From positions 2,848,001 to 2,912,000 of the forward strand of contig OZ244197.1 of the NCBI GenBank assembly GCA_965216785.1: a DNA stretch of 64,000 nt, written 5' to 3'. Under the pieces are notes generated by a model, which saw only the letters and a list, made by a program, of their open reading frames with translations, made no database searches and was not told the origin of the DNA. Shown piece after piece: positions 63,012 through 64,000 of this stretch (positions within the stretch are counted from its first letter, which is position 1; each line of letters starts with the position of its first letter). The stretch is from Thermodesulfobacteriota bacterium. Its GTDB lineage: Bacteria > Desulfobacterota_D > UBA1144 > Nemesobacterales > UBA2774. A program made the position numbers and the translations under genes.

Positions 63012-63509
63012 TCAAGGAGTTCCAAGCGTTTTCCTCGAAGTTATGCGAAATGGTTTGTAGCCCAGCCGTTCCCACACTGCCTCAGCCTCCGTATTACCGA
63101 CAATAAAGTTTAGCTCTATGTGCTCGAGTCCTCTTTCCCTGCACCATTTCTCAACAGCCAAAACCAGCGTACCTGCTACTCCTTTTTTTCTGACGTCAGG
63201 TTCTACCCAACACATAATGATCTCTCCTACCCGCTTTACAGTGGAAAAGGGAAGAAAAGGAGCGGTTTCTTTTGCAATGATTGAGCCTGCAGGAATATTA
63301 TCAATCTCTGCGATCAAGACCAAAGTAGTCGTTTCCTGAATTAAGTCCGAAACCCATGAGTCAAATCCGTGCTCATACCCTTGGACGAGGTCTAAAAAGT
63401 AAGTATCTCGGGAAGTTAGCCTAGTATGCTCAACTAGATCTTTAACTGATTTGGATAGGTAAGAAATGTCTGTAGGCAGGGCTTCTCTGATAATCATATC
63501 ATCTGGCAT
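63012..63509 (-). CDS. GNAT family N-acetyltransferase
   Basis: WVEPDVRKKGVA acetyl-CoA motif; N-EA..WERLGY. Confidence 0.88.
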   Translation of the reverse strand: MPDDMIIREALPTDISYLSKSVKDLVEHTRLTSRDTYFLDLVQGYEHGFDSWVSDLIQETTTLVLIAEIDNIPAGSIIAKETAPFLPFSTVKRVGEIIMCWVEPDVRKKGVAGTLVLAVEKWCRERGLEHIELNFIVGNTEAEAVWERLGYKPFRITSRKTLGTP

Positions 63510-63526
63510 GATACTTATTAAAACTG

Positions 63527-64000
63527 CTAGGATATATCAATTAGCTTCTGAAGCATGTCTTCCATCTTCTTAATCTGGAAGGAAAGCTCTTCAAATTTAT
63601 CTCTTTCTTTTTGGACTACATCTTCAGGAGCCCTATCCAGAAAGTCCGAGTTTCCGAGCTTCTTTTCCGTACGATCAAGGTCCTTGCCAATCTTAGCGAT
63701 CTCTTTTTTTATCCTCTCGGATTCTTTATCCACATCTATCAGGCCTTCGACCGGGATAAACAGCTCAACACCGGGAACCACCTGAGCTACAGCTTTCTCA
63801 GGTTTTGTGCCGTCAATTATCTCAAGACCGGTTAATGAGGCGGAGTTCAAGATAAAATCTCGGTTGGATTCAATCTGTGCCCCTATCTCAGGGCTTTCTG
63901 GGATAAGAGTAACGCTTACCTTCTCAGAAGGGTGAAGCCCGATCACCGCTCTTAAGTTCCTTACACCAACAACTATTGATTTTATGAACTCAAACTCCCT
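63527..64000 (-). CDS. valS: Valine-tRNA ligase, C-terminal part (5' end outside the window)
   Basis: Frame open to the window end; tRNA-binding arm LIDVDKE..KKLGNSDFLDRAPEDVVQKERDK. Confidence 0.93.
   Translation of the reverse strand, partial: REFEFIKSIVVGVRNLRAVIGLHPSEKVSVTLIPESPEIGAQIESNRDFILNSASLTGLEIIDGTKPEKAVAQVVPGVELFIPVEGLIDVDKESERIKKEIAKIGKDLDRTEKKLGNSDFLDRAPEDVVQKERDKFEELSFQIKKMEDMLQKLIDIS

Overview
A bacterial chromosomal window with no phage, CRISPR array or transposase visible. Gene style is tentatively Desulfobacterota/Dadabacteria-like, which is an inference only. Both ends carry housekeeping and miscellaneous genes: partial lysA, a hemD-hemE fusion, hemH, obgE, a cold-shock gene, a UvrD-nuclease fusion, hemY, rpoH, alaS, rlmN, purL, purF and partial valS. 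The main feature is a ~21 kb respiratory block (~32.2-53.0 kb) ending just past the 3' end of tRNA-Asn. It encodes a Tat-exported molybdo-bis-PGD enzyme whose catalytic motifs look like assimilatory NasA/NarB rather than canonical NapA. No NapB, NapC or NapD is visible. Instead there is a lipoprotein diheme cytochrome c, three NapG/MauM-like ferredoxins, three NapH-like membrane polyferredoxins (one with a His/Met-rich N-terminus, one with an extra exported domain), an unknown exported His-His protein, an alginate-export-type porin, an Rrf2 regulator and NnrS. A complete Moco biosynthesis operon follows an operon-internal Moco riboswitch. An FNR-type palindrome precedes the reductase. Divergent sigma54 promoters link hemY with a radical SAM/SPASM gene, suggesting coproporphyrin-dependent heme synthesis. 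All calls are from motif reading; no database search was run.
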